Part shown: piece after piece, positions 30,732 to 41,230 of the stretch
How the letters are laid out: each line of letters starts with the position of its first letter
How positions within the stretch are numbered: position 1 is the first letter of the stretch
Source of the DNA: Candidatus Omnitrophota bacterium
Lineage (GTDB): Bacteria; Omnitrophota; Gorgyraeia; Ghiorseimicrobiales; Ghiorseimicrobiaceae
DNA length: 64,000 nt
Assembly (NCBI GenBank): GCA_030681595.1
Contig: JAUXSB010000056.1
Span: 10,009 to 74,008, forward strand
Direction: 5' to 3'
Translations under genes and position numbers: made by a program
The notes under the pieces: model-generated
Databases searched by the model: none
What the model was told of the DNA's origin: nothing
Seen by the model: the letters and a program-made list of their open reading frames with translations, nothing else

Positions 30732-31961
30732 TTATTCTAAAATAGTGTATGCCCTTTCCCTATGCTGGGTCAGGTCAAGGCCGATGAGTTCCTCTTTTTC
30801 CTCAACACGCGCGCCAACAAATAAATCCACCAACTTATAGATAATCAGCGTAACTATAAATGCGTATCCGATAGTAACTAAAACCGCCAAAAGTTGTATT
30901 AAAAACTGCTTCGGGTTACCGAAAAATAAACCGTCCGCACCCGCGGGGTTTACTGCTTTTGAAGCAAATAATCCGGTGGCTAAAGCTCCCCAGATACCGC
31001 CTACACAATGAATCCCAAAAGCGTCTAATGAATCGTCGTAGCCTAATTTCGGCTTTATTACGCTTACCGCGGTAAAACAAAATACGCTTACTAATAAACC
31101 GATAATTATGGCTGGAATTACGCTTACAAAACCTGCCGCCGGAGTAATGGCTACCAAACCCGCCACAACGCCGGAAGCCGTGCCGAACATCGTAGGTTTA
31201 CCGTTGCGCATCCATTCTATTAATGCCCAGCTAAGCCCCGCGGCGGCGGCGGCTGTGTTAGTCACCACAAAGGCATTAACAGCCAAACCGTTAGCAGCAA
31301 GGGCGCTTCCGGCATTAAACCCGAACCAACCAAACCATAAGAGGCCCGTGCCTAAAACTACAAACGGAAGGTTATGCGGAGCAGGAGCATTATGATCCAA
31401 ATTTTTTCTCCTGCCGATTACCAACGCCATAACCAAAGCGGCAATCCCGGCATTAATATGCACGACAGTGCCTCCGGCAAAATCTAATGCGCCTAAATTT
31501 CGTATCCATCCACCGATACCCCAGACCCAGTGGCAAACCGGATCATAAACAAAAGTCGCCCAGAGAAGCGTAAAGACCAAAAACGCGGAAAATTTCATCC
31601 TTTCGGCAAAAGCGCCGATGATTAAGGCAGGCGTGATTATAGCAAACATCGCCTGAAAAATCATAAATGCCTGATGAGGAATAGTCGCGGCGTAATCCGC
31701 ATACGGCTCTAATCCCACCCCATTAAGCCCAAACCAGCTTAAACCTCCCCAAAAACCCTTACCCGGCGCAAAAGATAAACTATACCCAAACAATACCCAC
31801 TGGATACTTAAGACGCATAAAATTATAAAGCATTGCATTAATACGCCCAAAATATTTTTGCGCCTGACCATGCCGCCGTAAAAAAACGCCAGCCCCGGCG
31901 TCATTAACATTACCAACGCCGATGAAATCAAAACCCATGCCGTATCGCCCGCATTAATCAT
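30732..31961 (-). CDS. amtB: Ammonium transporter AmtB
   Basis: 409 aa, 11-TM Amt family (DFAGGTVVHINAGIAALV, twin-His region). Confidence 0.9.
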   Translation of the reverse strand: MINAGDTAWVLISSALVMLMTPGLAFFYGGMVRRKNILGVLMQCFIILCVLSIQWVLFGYSLSFAPGKGFWGGLSWFGLNGVGLEPYADYAATIPHQAFMIFQAMFAIITPALIIGAFAERMKFSAFLVFTLLWATFVYDPVCHWVWGIGGWIRNLGALDFAGGTVVHINAGIAALVMALVIGRRKNLDHNAPAPHNLPFVVLGTGLLWFGWFGFNAGSALAANGLAVNAFVVTNTAAAAAGLSWALIEWMRNGKPTMFGTASGVVAGLVAITPAAGFVSVIPAIIIGLLVSVFCFTAVSVIKPKLGYDDSLDAFGIHCVGGIWGALATGLFASKAVNPAGADGLFFGNPKQFLIQLLAVLVTIGYAFIVTLIIYKLVDLFVGARVEEKEELIGLDLTQHRERAYTILE

Positions 31962-32026
31962 ATTTTATCCCTCCCATTCTTTACCATCCGTGTAATCATT
32001 TTTTGAAAATCTGTGTAATCTATATA

Positions 32027-32770
32027 TTAAAAATCTATATCCACCTGCACCGTATAGGTATCGGCTAAATCACGGTCGTTATAAATATCGTAACCAAAAA
32101 TAACCGACGTATTATCGCTGAATTTATAAGAAAACCCGAGGTTCCAAGCGCCATATGAGGAACGTGAACCCTGATAATCCACTGCCACCCAAAGCTTATC
32201 GCTTATTTCCGATAGCGTTCTTTCCCAACAAGCAAGCAACCCCTCATTATCTTTTTTCCCGCCATGTAAGAGTAAGTCACTATCTCCCCTAAAAAACCCA
32301 AGAGAAAATGTACCCAAGGAAAAATCTCCCAAGAATATTGTCTTGCCTGCCTTGCCGTAAATAACGTTGTAACCAACCTTTTCATTTGTGCCGATATCAT
32401 ATATACCCACTGCTAATTTAGGAGAAAATTCTCCGAAGCTGCCTTCGGGAATACCTAGCTTAGTATTAAAATAAAATGGGTAATCATCCAAAGCGCCGTA
32501 GCCGGACTTATGGTCAAAGCCGACCTCGGCATTTACTTTTTTAAAAGGTAGAACTCCGACAGTTAAACCAAAGTTAGTAATCGTGGCCGGCCGGTTCCCC
32601 GCGGCATCGCTTTCAGCCGGTACATAAAAATCGCTTGTTAAATGCCACTTTTTGTACGGCTGAATGTCCGCTGAAGGCGCCCAGATATGGGTTGTTGCAG
32701 TAGCATAACAGGAAGAAACCAGAAACCAGTGACCAGCGACCAGGAAAAACAATATTTTTAATTTTCGCAT
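32027..32770 (-). CDS. Putative outer-membrane beta-barrel protein (porin-like), upstream of amtB-glnK
   Basis: Signal peptide, Gly/aromatic-rich alternating segments, and a C-terminal Phe (VQVDIDF) typical of OMP sorting signals. Confidence 0.4.
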   Translation of the reverse strand: MRKLKILFFLVAGHWFLVSSCYATATTHIWAPSADIQPYKKWHLTSDFYVPAESDAAGNRPATITNFGLTVGVLPFKKVNAEVGFDHKSGYGALDDYPFYFNTKLGIPEGSFGEFSPKLAVGIYDIGTNEKVGYNVIYGKAGKTIFLGDFSLGTFSLGFFRGDSDLLLHGGKKDNEGLLACWERTLSEISDKLWVAVDYQGSRSSYGAWNLGFSYKFSDNTSVIFGYDIYNDRDLADTYTVQVDIDF

Positions 32771-33090
32771 CTTTTGTCCTCCTCAATTAGCTCAAAATCA
32801 AGTAAAAATTAACCTAAAAAACAAAAAACGCCTTAACCCACTCTGGATTAAGACGCCTGCGTCTTTAAAATTCCGCCGTAATTCTTAGCGGATTCGACAT
32901 ATTTTGTGGCGAAAAAAAACGCTCTCTTTTTCAGAGAACGCCTTTGTTTATATGCACTTCAATGTGCTTTACCCCGTTAGAAATAATCTGCCGAAGGCAG
33001 ATGTCATTTATAATGGGGCCTACATTACTATAAGTAAAAAAATCTCAATTTTGGTAACCCTCAATAGTCCCGCCTCACCCCCCTATCTAT

Positions 33091-34110
33091 TTATCTATTT
33101 AAAAGAAAATTAATGTACATGCCTATGAGAAAAATTATAAGCAAACCTATGGCATAAGCGCTTATTCCCAGCTTTGTCTTTTTCTTAGGCTTCAATATCA
33201 GAGCCGAACAAATTATTATAGTCATAAAAATAACGATGAAAGCGGTAAAGATATGCTGCTGTGATAATACACTAAAAATAGACGCTTTTCTATAGAAGAC
33301 GTCGTTTATAAAGATTATGGCCATGTTAAACATATTTGACCCTACCATATTTGCGACTGCCAATTCTTTGGCTCCCAAACGAAGGGCGGTAATTGAAACT
33401 GTTATCTCTGGTAAAGTGGTGGCAAAACCAAGGAACAGACTGCCTACAAAACTCTGCCCTAAATCTAAATACTTAGCCAAATCATCGCCAAGATACGCAA
33501 GCCAAATCCCTGCGCCCGCTATCACAACTGCAAATAGTGCGTAACGGATATAAGCTATTCGCAGAGAAATAGTTTCATATTTGAGGATAAGTTTTTCTTC
33601 TTTATGCATCTCATTGACTATTTGATGTCTCTTTTCGTATCTAAATATTATTCTTGTCGAAACCAAATACGAAATAAAAATTAGTATGCTATATGCGCTG
33701 ATATTTACAAAAGTAATCTGGGGAAATTGCCGGCTTAAAAATATTCCAACCGCAGTAAACGATAAGGGAATAAGGCTTAAAATCGCCGTTAATAGTTGAC
33801 CGCTAGAAACTAAACTCAATAATGGCGCGCCTTTATTTATACAATCGAGTATTGCAATATTCGCAAGGTTATACGTATTGGCTCCCAAGAGATTACCTAC
33901 GGTAAGGTCGGGAGCATTAACGAAAATCATGCTGCCAATGCCTGTAAATAATTCAGGCAGGCTGGTAGCAATTGATACTAATATAATACCGACCCACAGC
34001 CCGCTCAAACCAGTTTTCTCCGCTACAACATCCGCGTACCTGGCTAGGCGTTTTCCGCTAAAAAAGATTAAAGTAACGCAAACAAAAAATTTTAACCAAA
34101 AGATAAACAT
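33091..34110 (-). CDS. CaCA-family cation/Ca2+ exchanger (YrbG-like)
   Basis: Two alpha-repeat signatures (ATSLPELFTGIGSM and ATTLPEITVSITAL) in a 10-TM protein. Confidence 0.65.
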   Translation of the reverse strand: MFIFWLKFFVCVTLIFFSGKRLARYADVVAEKTGLSGLWVGIILVSIATSLPELFTGIGSMIFVNAPDLTVGNLLGANTYNLANIAILDCINKGAPLLSLVSSGQLLTAILSLIPLSFTAVGIFLSRQFPQITFVNISAYSILIFISYLVSTRIIFRYEKRHQIVNEMHKEEKLILKYETISLRIAYIRYALFAVVIAGAGIWLAYLGDDLAKYLDLGQSFVGSLFLGFATTLPEITVSITALRLGAKELAVANMVGSNMFNMAIIFINDVFYRKASIFSVLSQQHIFTAFIVIFMTIIICSALILKPKKKTKLGISAYAIGLLIIFLIGMYINFLLNR

Positions 34111-34287
34111 CTTAATACTTTTTTATTTTTTAAGTTCTTTTTTATTCTCCTCAATTCCGTCTTTTTTATCAGGCATGTTTCCTTTGATGATTACATAAAT
34201 AACGAAAGCGAGAAACCCTCCCAATAGGATAAATGCCGGAAAATCTTGCGCTAATCTACTATACATAGCAAAAGCCTCCTCTATTTA

Positions 34288-35499
34288 TCATAGATAAACT
34301 ACGTCTTTAGAATAATATAACGAAAGAAACAATAATATATAATCTTTAAGGTGGCGTGTAAGCAGAAAATTATTCCTAATATTCTCACGGCCATTTTCAC
34401 CCAACCTCTTGGCGTATTCCGGGCTGTTTAAAAACTGCTTTATCGCAAAAGCTGCCCCCTCTGCTGAATGACAAAGCAGGCCAGAATATTTATGTTTTAT
34501 CTGCAATGGGATACCGCCTGTGTTTGTGGCTACTACCGGCTTTGCCTTCCAAAGTGCCTCGGCTACAGTCAACCCGAAACCCTCCCTAAGAGATTTCTGC
34601 ACGATTACCGAAGATGCCCTTTGCAAGGCGTTAATTTCTATATCGTTCTGGCTCAATAAAAGTATATGAATATCTTTATCAGTTTTTGCTTTTTCCCTTA
34701 CTTCTTCGTAAACCTTTACCCCTTCGGGATCGTCCGTAGCGCCTCCGCCGGCTAAAACTAAACGGCAGTCATTATATTTTTTAACCTGCAGATACGCCTC
34801 AATTACACCCAGAGGATCCTTTAGGCGGTCAAAACGGGAAATCTGGGTGACAATCGGCTTATCTTTTGGAATCTCATATTTTCTTAAAACCGCATCGATT
34901 ACCTCCTGCGGCAGTTCTTTATTTTTATCGCTTAAAGGATCAATAGACGGCGAAATCAAAGCCTGCCTTATCGGCAATTTTTGCGAAAAACCCGGAGCAG
35001 AAAAAACCGCCGCATCATATTTAATTACAAATTCTCTTAAAAAAGTCCAGACTTTCTGATTTGGCTCTGATATATCAATATGACAGCGCCAAAGCCATTT
35101 ATTTTCTTTTCTTTTGTTTATTAAGGTAATCGGTTGGGGATCATGCACAAATACGATGTCGGCATTAGTGTTAAGCTCCGCGATATTGCGCGCGCCTGTT
35201 TCCAAGAATATATCGAAATCGGCCTTATTTATTTCGGCAGGCCTTCCGTGCAAGGCATTATGAAATTTCTTGGTTACTTCGAAAAACTGCTCTCCTCCCT
35301 TTATCACATCCCAACGGGTATCTATGCCTAATTCCTGTAACAACGGAACCATGCGGTTCAATATCTCTGCTACGCCGCCGCCCACAGCCGTAGAATTAAT
35401 ATGCTGAACTGCCTTACCTTTCAACCGCTCAGCAATTAATTTTAAATCATCAATAACCGACTCTCCAACAATGGGAATATAATCTTCGATTTTAACCAT
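34288..35499 (-). CDS. GT4-family glycosyltransferase, TreT-like (trehalose glycosyltransferring synthase candidate)
   Basis: GT-B/GT4 C-terminal motif (EGFGLTVAEALWKAKPVVATNTGGIP). Size of about 400 aa and its position in an otsA-otsB cluster suggest TreT. It could instead be a sucrose or other NDP-sugar synthase. Confidence 0.45.
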   Translation of the reverse strand: MVKIEDYIPIVGESVIDDLKLIAERLKGKAVQHINSTAVGGGVAEILNRMVPLLQELGIDTRWDVIKGGEQFFEVTKKFHNALHGRPAEINKADFDIFLETGARNIAELNTNADIVFVHDPQPITLINKRKENKWLWRCHIDISEPNQKVWTFLREFVIKYDAAVFSAPGFSQKLPIRQALISPSIDPLSDKNKELPQEVIDAVLRKYEIPKDKPIVTQISRFDRLKDPLGVIEAYLQVKKYNDCRLVLAGGGATDDPEGVKVYEEVREKAKTDKDIHILLLSQNDIEINALQRASSVIVQKSLREGFGLTVAEALWKAKPVVATNTGGIPLQIKHKYSGLLCHSAEGAAFAIKQFLNSPEYAKRLGENGRENIRNNFLLTRHLKDYILLFLSLYYSKDVVYL

Positions 35500-35500
35500 A

Positions 35501-36172
35501 TTATACTGAAATTTCCTTATCTATTACTTGAATAAGCGTTTTTCTCAAATCGTCAAGAGTACGGGTATAAGGATCCATCTGGGTAATTTTGTCAGCTAAT
35601 CTTTTATTCCCTAAAGAATTTTCAATCCAATTAGAAAAATCGTTGGTTCTTTTTTCTAATCTCAGGCGCGCCTCAAAGATATGGAAATAAATAGAGTCTA
35701 TGGCAATCTTTCTTAAAACCTCTGAGAATTCCTTTAAATCGCAAGCAGTATATTTAGTCGGTAGAATAAAACTTACGGACTTAATAAAATGAAATTCATC
35801 ACCCTCGCGAGCAAACCTTAAACTTGCCGTGGGATTTTCTTTCAGATAAATCTCTATGGTTTGAATTATCTTATCGCGTAACGAATTGATATCAAAAAAC
35901 TGCATTGTGTCGATACTTGCAAGCAGCTCTCCTAATTCGTCTTCGCCTAATATCTGGCTTACCCAATAAGCAAAATCATTCGGCGGCTCAGGTGAAAGAT
36001 ATTGATGCTGTTGCAAAAAACGATGGGTATGATGGTAAATAGAAGCAATCGGCAACTCTCCGATAATGCCTAATAACTGGCCGAGATTTGCCGCCCTTAA
36101 ACCGGTTAATTCAGAAAGGCTCAGCCGCGTATAAAATTTAAACGGTTCTTTTGCCTTGATTAAATCCGCCAT
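35501..36172 (-). CDS. Hypothetical protein encoded in the trehalose cluster
   Basis: 223 aa, no recognised motifs. Its start overlaps otsB by 35 nt, suggesting translational coupling. Confidence 0.4.
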   Translation of the reverse strand: MADLIKAKEPFKFYTRLSLSELTGLRAANLGQLLGIIGELPIASIYHHTHRFLQQHQYLSPEPPNDFAYWVSQILGEDELGELLASIDTMQFFDINSLRDKIIQTIEIYLKENPTASLRFAREGDEFHFIKSVSFILPTKYTACDLKEFSEVLRKIAIDSIYFHIFEARLRLEKRTNDFSNWIENSLGNKRLADKITQMDPYTRTLDDLRKTLIQVIDKEISV

Positions 36173-36971
36173 TTTTATCTTTCTGTAAATCCAGAAGTTT
36201 TCTTAAAAAACAGCTGGCTTCTTTTGTGTCCTTCAAATAATATTGCGCCGAAGAATTTTCCGCAATACCCACAAAAATAGTTACTCCTTTATTTTTTAAC
36301 GCCCTAAACGCATCTTCATCGGTTGTATCATCCCCGATATAAATAGGCACAATATCTCTGTCTTTTAACATAAACTTCCATCGCGCAAGAAGCCATAAAA
36401 CCACCTTACCCTTATCCCAATCAAGCGCCGGCCTGACCTCTAAAACCATCTTTCCCGTTGTGGTCTTTATGATATTTTTTACTGCGGGGACAATCGTGGT
36501 TTCATAAAAAATTGTTCTAATAAGATTGGTGTCTTTTTTACTTGCCAAGCGGTAATGAAGTGATAACGTCAGTCCTTTATCTTCAAGCCGCACTCCTTTT
36601 ATGCTGAACGTTTTTTCTTTTAACTCTTTTTTAATTTTGTCTACTATAGCACGGTATTTTTGCGCCGCAAATATTGTATACCGGATTTTCGGCCCCTCGA
36701 TTTCTAAACCGTGGTTTCCGACATAGATTATGCCGGAAATTCCGAGTATTCTTTTTATATCGGATAGCGCCCTGCCGCTGATTACCGCCAATCTAAAACT
36801 ACCATTCTTGGAAATTTTATTTAATGACTCTTTTGTATGAGGAGAAATTATAACTTTTTCCGGAGTATCCGCTATCGGGGCAAGAGTTCCGTCAAAATCC
36901 AAAAATAAAGCGACAGCTTTGCTATCCACTTTTTTCTTAATCTTATTCCAACAATCAAACAGATATCTCAT
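36138..36971 (-). CDS. otsB: Trehalose-6-phosphate phosphatase (HAD family)
   Basis: HAD motif I (LFLDFDGTLAPI), motif III and IV (IYIGDDTTDEDAF). Confidence 0.7.
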   Translation of the reverse strand: MRYLFDCWNKIKKKVDSKAVALFLDFDGTLAPIADTPEKVIISPHTKESLNKISKNGSFRLAVISGRALSDIKRILGISGIIYVGNHGLEIEGPKIRYTIFAAQKYRAIVDKIKKELKEKTFSIKGVRLEDKGLTLSLHYRLASKKDTNLIRTIFYETTIVPAVKNIIKTTTGKMVLEVRPALDWDKGKVVLWLLARWKFMLKDRDIVPIYIGDDTTDEDAFRALKNKGVTIFVGIAENSSAQYYLKDTKEASCFLRKLLDLQKDKNGGFNQGKRTV

Positions 36972-36985
36972 CCCTTTACGTAGCG

Positions 36986-39223
36986 TTAAATTTTCTTAAG
37001 CGCTGTCAATTCCGTGATAATATTGGCCGCCCAGCGGTAGATATTATTTTCGCTGACAATCCGGCGCATATTCTCCATACGTTTCTTTTTTCCATCAAGC
37101 GGCATCTCAATAGCCAACCGTATACTGTCAGCAAAATCCTCTATGGAGTAAGGATTTATCAATATCGCATCGGTAAGCTCTCTGGCGGCTCCGGTAAACT
37201 GGCTTAAGATTAAAGCGCCAGATAAATCTTTCTTTGCCGAAACATATTCTTTGGCAACGAGGTTCATCCCGTCATGCAATGAGCTCACCACGCAAAAATC
37301 GGAAAGCTGATAAAACGGCTCTATTTCATCCGCGGAAAAGTGTTTTTTAAGATAGACGATCGGCTTCCATCCGCTATCCATATATTTCCAGTTTTTCTTC
37401 TCTATTAACTCGTCAATTTCTGCCATTAAGTCGTGATAGCGCTTTATATGCGTGCGGCTGGGCGCCCCCAGCTGGATAAAGACAAACTTTTTTTTGTATT
37501 GCGGGTATTTTTCCAGAAACCTATCTATGGCAAGGACTCTTTCAATAATACCCTTTGTATAATCAATCCTGTCTACGCCTACGCCAACAACTTTATCCTC
37601 TAAATCAAATTCCGTTCTTAATTTTTCTATTTCTTTAGCTATGCCTATTTTATCCGCAGCACTATTTAAGTGACCGTTAACGCTTATCGGGAAAGCCCGC
37701 ACATAAGTTTCTTTATTAAACCGGGTAATGCTGAATTTTTCCGTGTCCACCCTTGACTCAAGCAGGCGGTTTGCCGTATCTAAAAAATTATTGCAGTGGC
37801 TCTGCACGTGAAAACCAATAAGGTCGCATCCTAACATCCCGTCTAAGATTTCTTTATGATAGGGGCAGATTAAAAATGCCTCCGGCGTAGGCCAGGGGAT
37901 ATGCCAGAATAAGGCGACTGTTGCGTCAGGCCGCTTTTCCTTAATCATTTTAGCAAGTAATGTAAAATGGTAATCCTGGATAAATACAAAGGGATTTTTT
38001 GCCGGTAATTCTTCCAGGATATTGTCGGCAAATTTTTGGTTTACATTCTTATACATATCCCAATCCGACTCCCTGAAAATCGGACGGGTGTGCGTATTAT
38101 GGCAGAGCGGCCATAAGCCTTCGTTGGAAAAACCGTAATAATAACCATCCTCTTCTTCCTTGTTTAACCAGACTCTTTTTAAGATATAGCGGTTATCTTC
38201 CGGGGGCACACCCAGCTTATTTTTTGAATTTACAAATTTCTTATCGGCATTCCCGGCGCCGTGCGCAACCCATGTGCCTCCGCAGGCGCGCAGTATCGGG
38301 TCTATCGCGGTAACCACTCCACTGGCAGGACGTATACATTTAACTATTCCGCCTTCTTCATCAACAACATGCATAAAAGGCTCTCTGTTTGAAACAACCA
38401 AGAAAGCATTGCCGCCTAATTTCGTATGAATAAGGTCCCTTAATTTAGCTTCAGTCCATAATTCTTCTTTTTGTATTCGCGCGTGAGCCTCATCGGTAAC
38501 CACCTTTCTGGCTACCCGTAAGCCCAGAGCAACCTGCTCAACTTCGGTAATCAATTTTCCAAACTCCCCCTTTTCTTTAAAAGGCCGCAATTTGTCAATT
38601 TCTCCTCTCTGGAAATGCGTAAACCACTGGGTAAGCCGGCGCACCGGCAAGACAAAAATCTGCCGCTGGACCAAAAGAGCGACCAGCGCAATTAATATTA
38701 TCAAAATAATTGAGGTTATACTTATCCTCTTCCACAACGCCGTCATCATCGTAAACATATAAGAGGTATCATAAACAACTTCTACTAAACCCAATGCATT
38801 ATTCTCATCATCTAAAATAGGCAGGGTATAACTATAGGCAGAAAATTCTTTGAATTTCTCTAGCTTACCACGGGCGTTTTTTGCGGCTAAAACATTTGCC
38901 AGATAAGGTTTATCCTTTTTGCTCCAGTCGGAAATCCGTTCGGTAATTGTGATGATCTCGCCATCTTTATTATAAATAACACAGCCCTGCAGCCGCTCAC
39001 GGCGCTGAAAACTTTCCATCAAACGCTTGGCTGACCTTAAATCATTATTTACGATAATATATCTCGCGGATAATTCTATGCTTTCGGCGACTGCCTTGGC
39101 TTTACGCTGCAGGTCATCCATCAGCTTCTCTTCTTCAAAACGCGCCTGCATAACTCCGAACATAGTAAAAACGAGTGCAACAATTATAAGAATCGGTAAA
39201 ATAAATAAAAGTATTCTTCTCAC
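36986..39223 (-). CDS. otsA: Trehalose-6-phosphate synthase (GT20) fused to an N-terminal two-TM periplasmic sensor-like domain and a HAMP-like linker
   Basis: Residues about 260 to 745 are OtsA (FSNEGLWPLCH, FFLHIPFP-type region IFWHIPWPTPEAF). Residues 1 to 250 comprise TM1, an extracytoplasmic domain of about 140 aa, TM2, and an amphipathic linker. Confidence 0.75.
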   Translation of the reverse strand: MRRILLFILPILIIVALVFTMFGVMQARFEEEKLMDDLQRKAKAVAESIELSARYIIVNNDLRSAKRLMESFQRRERLQGCVIYNKDGEIITITERISDWSKKDKPYLANVLAAKNARGKLEKFKEFSAYSYTLPILDDENNALGLVEVVYDTSYMFTMMTALWKRISITSIILIILIALVALLVQRQIFVLPVRRLTQWFTHFQRGEIDKLRPFKEKGEFGKLITEVEQVALGLRVARKVVTDEAHARIQKEELWTEAKLRDLIHTKLGGNAFLVVSNREPFMHVVDEEGGIVKCIRPASGVVTAIDPILRACGGTWVAHGAGNADKKFVNSKNKLGVPPEDNRYILKRVWLNKEEEDGYYYGFSNEGLWPLCHNTHTRPIFRESDWDMYKNVNQKFADNILEELPAKNPFVFIQDYHFTLLAKMIKEKRPDATVALFWHIPWPTPEAFLICPYHKEILDGMLGCDLIGFHVQSHCNNFLDTANRLLESRVDTEKFSITRFNKETYVRAFPISVNGHLNSAADKIGIAKEIEKLRTEFDLEDKVVGVGVDRIDYTKGIIERVLAIDRFLEKYPQYKKKFVFIQLGAPSRTHIKRYHDLMAEIDELIEKKNWKYMDSGWKPIVYLKKHFSADEIEPFYQLSDFCVVSSLHDGMNLVAKEYVSAKKDLSGALILSQFTGAARELTDAILINPYSIEDFADSIRLAIEMPLDGKKKRMENMRRIVSENNIYRWAANIITELTALKKI

Positions 39224-39400
39224 TTTGCCTCCTCGCCCCTATAAAACAAAAAAAACCATCCTATCGCACTGACAGGATGGCGGCCCGACCATCTTATTCT
39301 CTCTAGGCATGTTTTAATTCCTAGACCCTAATAATTTTTGAAGTTGTTGATTTTGTGCTTATATATATTATAAGGTATTTGGTTAATAATGCAACTTTTT

Positions 39401-40186
39401 TTATCTATACGCCCGGATGTTGGCGCAGATAGCAGAGGGGTGGCCGGTGCGGGCGTTGCGGCATTTAGAGATGACTTCAATATTCTTAAAGCCAACTTTT
39501 TCCATAAGCGCTAAGAAATCTGCCTCAACTAACGCCCCACCGATACACCTAAACCAGTCATTAGCGTTTTTTCTCTCTTCTTCAGAAAGGGCATTTTTTA
39601 ATACAATCTCGCAGAAAACCGTTCTGCCACCGGTTTTTAGCACACGAAAAACCTCGCGCATTACCGCCTCTTTATCCGGCGAAAGATTATAGATACCATT
39701 TGAAGCAACCAGATCAAAAAAGTTATCCGCAAAAGGCAGGTTGTCAGAATGGCCTGCTTTTACCTCTACATTCTTAATACCGGTAAGCTCCATATTCTTT
39801 CTCGCCTTCTCAACCATTGCCTCCGAAATATCTAAGCCATAAACTTTGCCTTTTTCGCCTGCGGCTTTGGCTATATTGAAAGCCAAACCACTGCCCCTCT
39901 GGCTTGCGGCTTTAGCGTAAAAATACAGATCCAAGCCTGCGCCACAGCCCAAATCTAAAACTGCTTCCCCCTCTTTTAATTCCACAAACGGCTGCGGGTT
40001 ATTCGCGCCGGTAAAAGACTCATATAAAGACTGCGGCAGCTTATCAAGAGCTTCCTTGGGATAACCGACTTTTAGGGCAAAGGCGCGGCCCACAGGAAAA
40101 TTAAATACGGCGCAGGGGTTTTTTGCTACCTCGCCGTATTTATCCTTGACTAATTTTTTAATTTCTTCCGGAGTTAGATTTAACAT
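39401..40186 (-). CDS. ArsM-like SAM-dependent methyltransferase
   Basis: Collinear with arsenite methyltransferases (VKDKYGEVA; EAVLDLGCGAGLDL; GKVYGLDISEAMVEKARKN; REVFRVLKTGGR; RCIGGALVEADF). The Cys of the NCVINL motif is replaced (SNGIYNL). Confidence 0.6.
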   Translation of the reverse strand: MLNLTPEEIKKLVKDKYGEVAKNPCAVFNFPVGRAFALKVGYPKEALDKLPQSLYESFTGANNPQPFVELKEGEAVLDLGCGAGLDLYFYAKAASQRGSGLAFNIAKAAGEKGKVYGLDISEAMVEKARKNMELTGIKNVEVKAGHSDNLPFADNFFDLVASNGIYNLSPDKEAVMREVFRVLKTGGRTVFCEIVLKNALSEEERKNANDWFRCIGGALVEADFLALMEKVGFKNIEVISKCRNARTGHPSAICANIRAYR

Positions 40187-40198
40187 AATAACACCTCT

Positions 40199-40552
40199 TC
40201 AAAAAACGAGCGTCTGTTTACTTGACTTTATGGCGTTAGCCACGTCCATCAAACAGCATACTTGCGCACCGTCAATTACCTCTTCTTTCTTTACGCCTTT
40301 TGCCTCGCAACAACTGCCGCAAACTAAAACCTTTACCCCTAATTTAATTAAATCCGTTAACTTTTGCGCTAAATTTAAGCCCTTTAAATCCTCCGGCGGG
40401 TTCTGCCCTTTTTTGGCGCAGATAACCGCCTCATCAAACAAAACCACCTCTACCGCTAAATTTACATCCAACAGCCCACCGGCAAGGCGCAGGCCGTTCC
40501 AAGAACGCATCGTATTCGGTCCTTCATTAAGAATAACGGTAATCTTATCCAT
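40199..40552 (-). CDS. DsrE/DsrF-like (YchN-fold) protein
   Basis: 117 aa. The alternating beta-alpha layout and Cys-containing segment (VLVCGSCCEAKG) are typical of the DsrE/peroxiredoxin-like family. Confidence 0.5.
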   Translation of the reverse strand: MDKITVILNEGPNTMRSWNGLRLAGGLLDVNLAVEVVLFDEAVICAKKGQNPPEDLKGLNLAQKLTDLIKLGVKVLVCGSCCEAKGVKKEEVIDGAQVCCLMDVANAIKSSKQTLVF

Positions 40553-40566
40553 ATATACCCCCCCTA

Positions 40567-41226
40567 TTAAAATTTTAACGCTTTCTTAGGACAACTAACC
40601 ACACACATTTGGCATTTTAAACAATCTCCGTCTTTTATTGTCTCAATACCATCTTTTTTATAGCGATAAGCGCCGACTTGAATCGGGCAGACTTTATAAC
40701 AAAGCTTACATTCGGTACAAAGCTTTGAGTCTATCTTTAACGGGTATTTACCGCGGCCAACCCAATTACCCAATGAACCTATGGGACAAAAACAACACCA
40801 AGTACGCTGCTGAAAAATTAAAGCGAGTATTATTCCCAAAATCGTAGTTACAGTAAGCAAAACAACAAAGAACATCCCGATTTTGTAGGGATCGGGCCAG
40901 CGCTTGATAATCTGTATCGTCATCATCGCCATCAAAAAAGACAGAAATCCAATACGCAGTGGCAGGCCTTTAAAAAATTTCGGAATCTCTTTTTGGGGGC
41001 TTGCGGCTTTTAAAAACACATCGTTAAAGCCACCTCTGGGGCAATACCAGTCGCACCACTTCCTGCCGCGCCACAAACCCACACCGATACCCAAAAACAT
41101 GCAAAGCGGAATAAAATAACCCAAAAGCGGCCAAAACCATCCGCCGATAAGGATAGACAGAAAAAGAAGGCCCATGAAAAACTGTTTTATTTTCCTGTTT
41201 TTTTCGAAAGCCTTAAATTCTTCCAT
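40567..41226 (-). CDS. NapH/MauN-like membrane 4Fe-4S ferredoxin
   Basis: TM helices plus two CX3CP motifs (WCDWYCPRGG, TWCCFCPIGS) and two CxxCxxCxxxCP clusters (CTECKLCYKVCP, CLKCQMCVVSCP). Confidence 0.55.
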   Translation of the reverse strand: MEEFKAFEKNRKIKQFFMGLLFLSILIGGWFWPLLGYFIPLCMFLGIGVGLWRGRKWCDWYCPRGGFNDVFLKAASPQKEIPKFFKGLPLRIGFLSFLMAMMTIQIIKRWPDPYKIGMFFVVLLTVTTILGIILALIFQQRTWCCFCPIGSLGNWVGRGKYPLKIDSKLCTECKLCYKVCPIQVGAYRYKKDGIETIKDGDCLKCQMCVVSCPKKALKF

Positions 41227-41230
41227 AACA

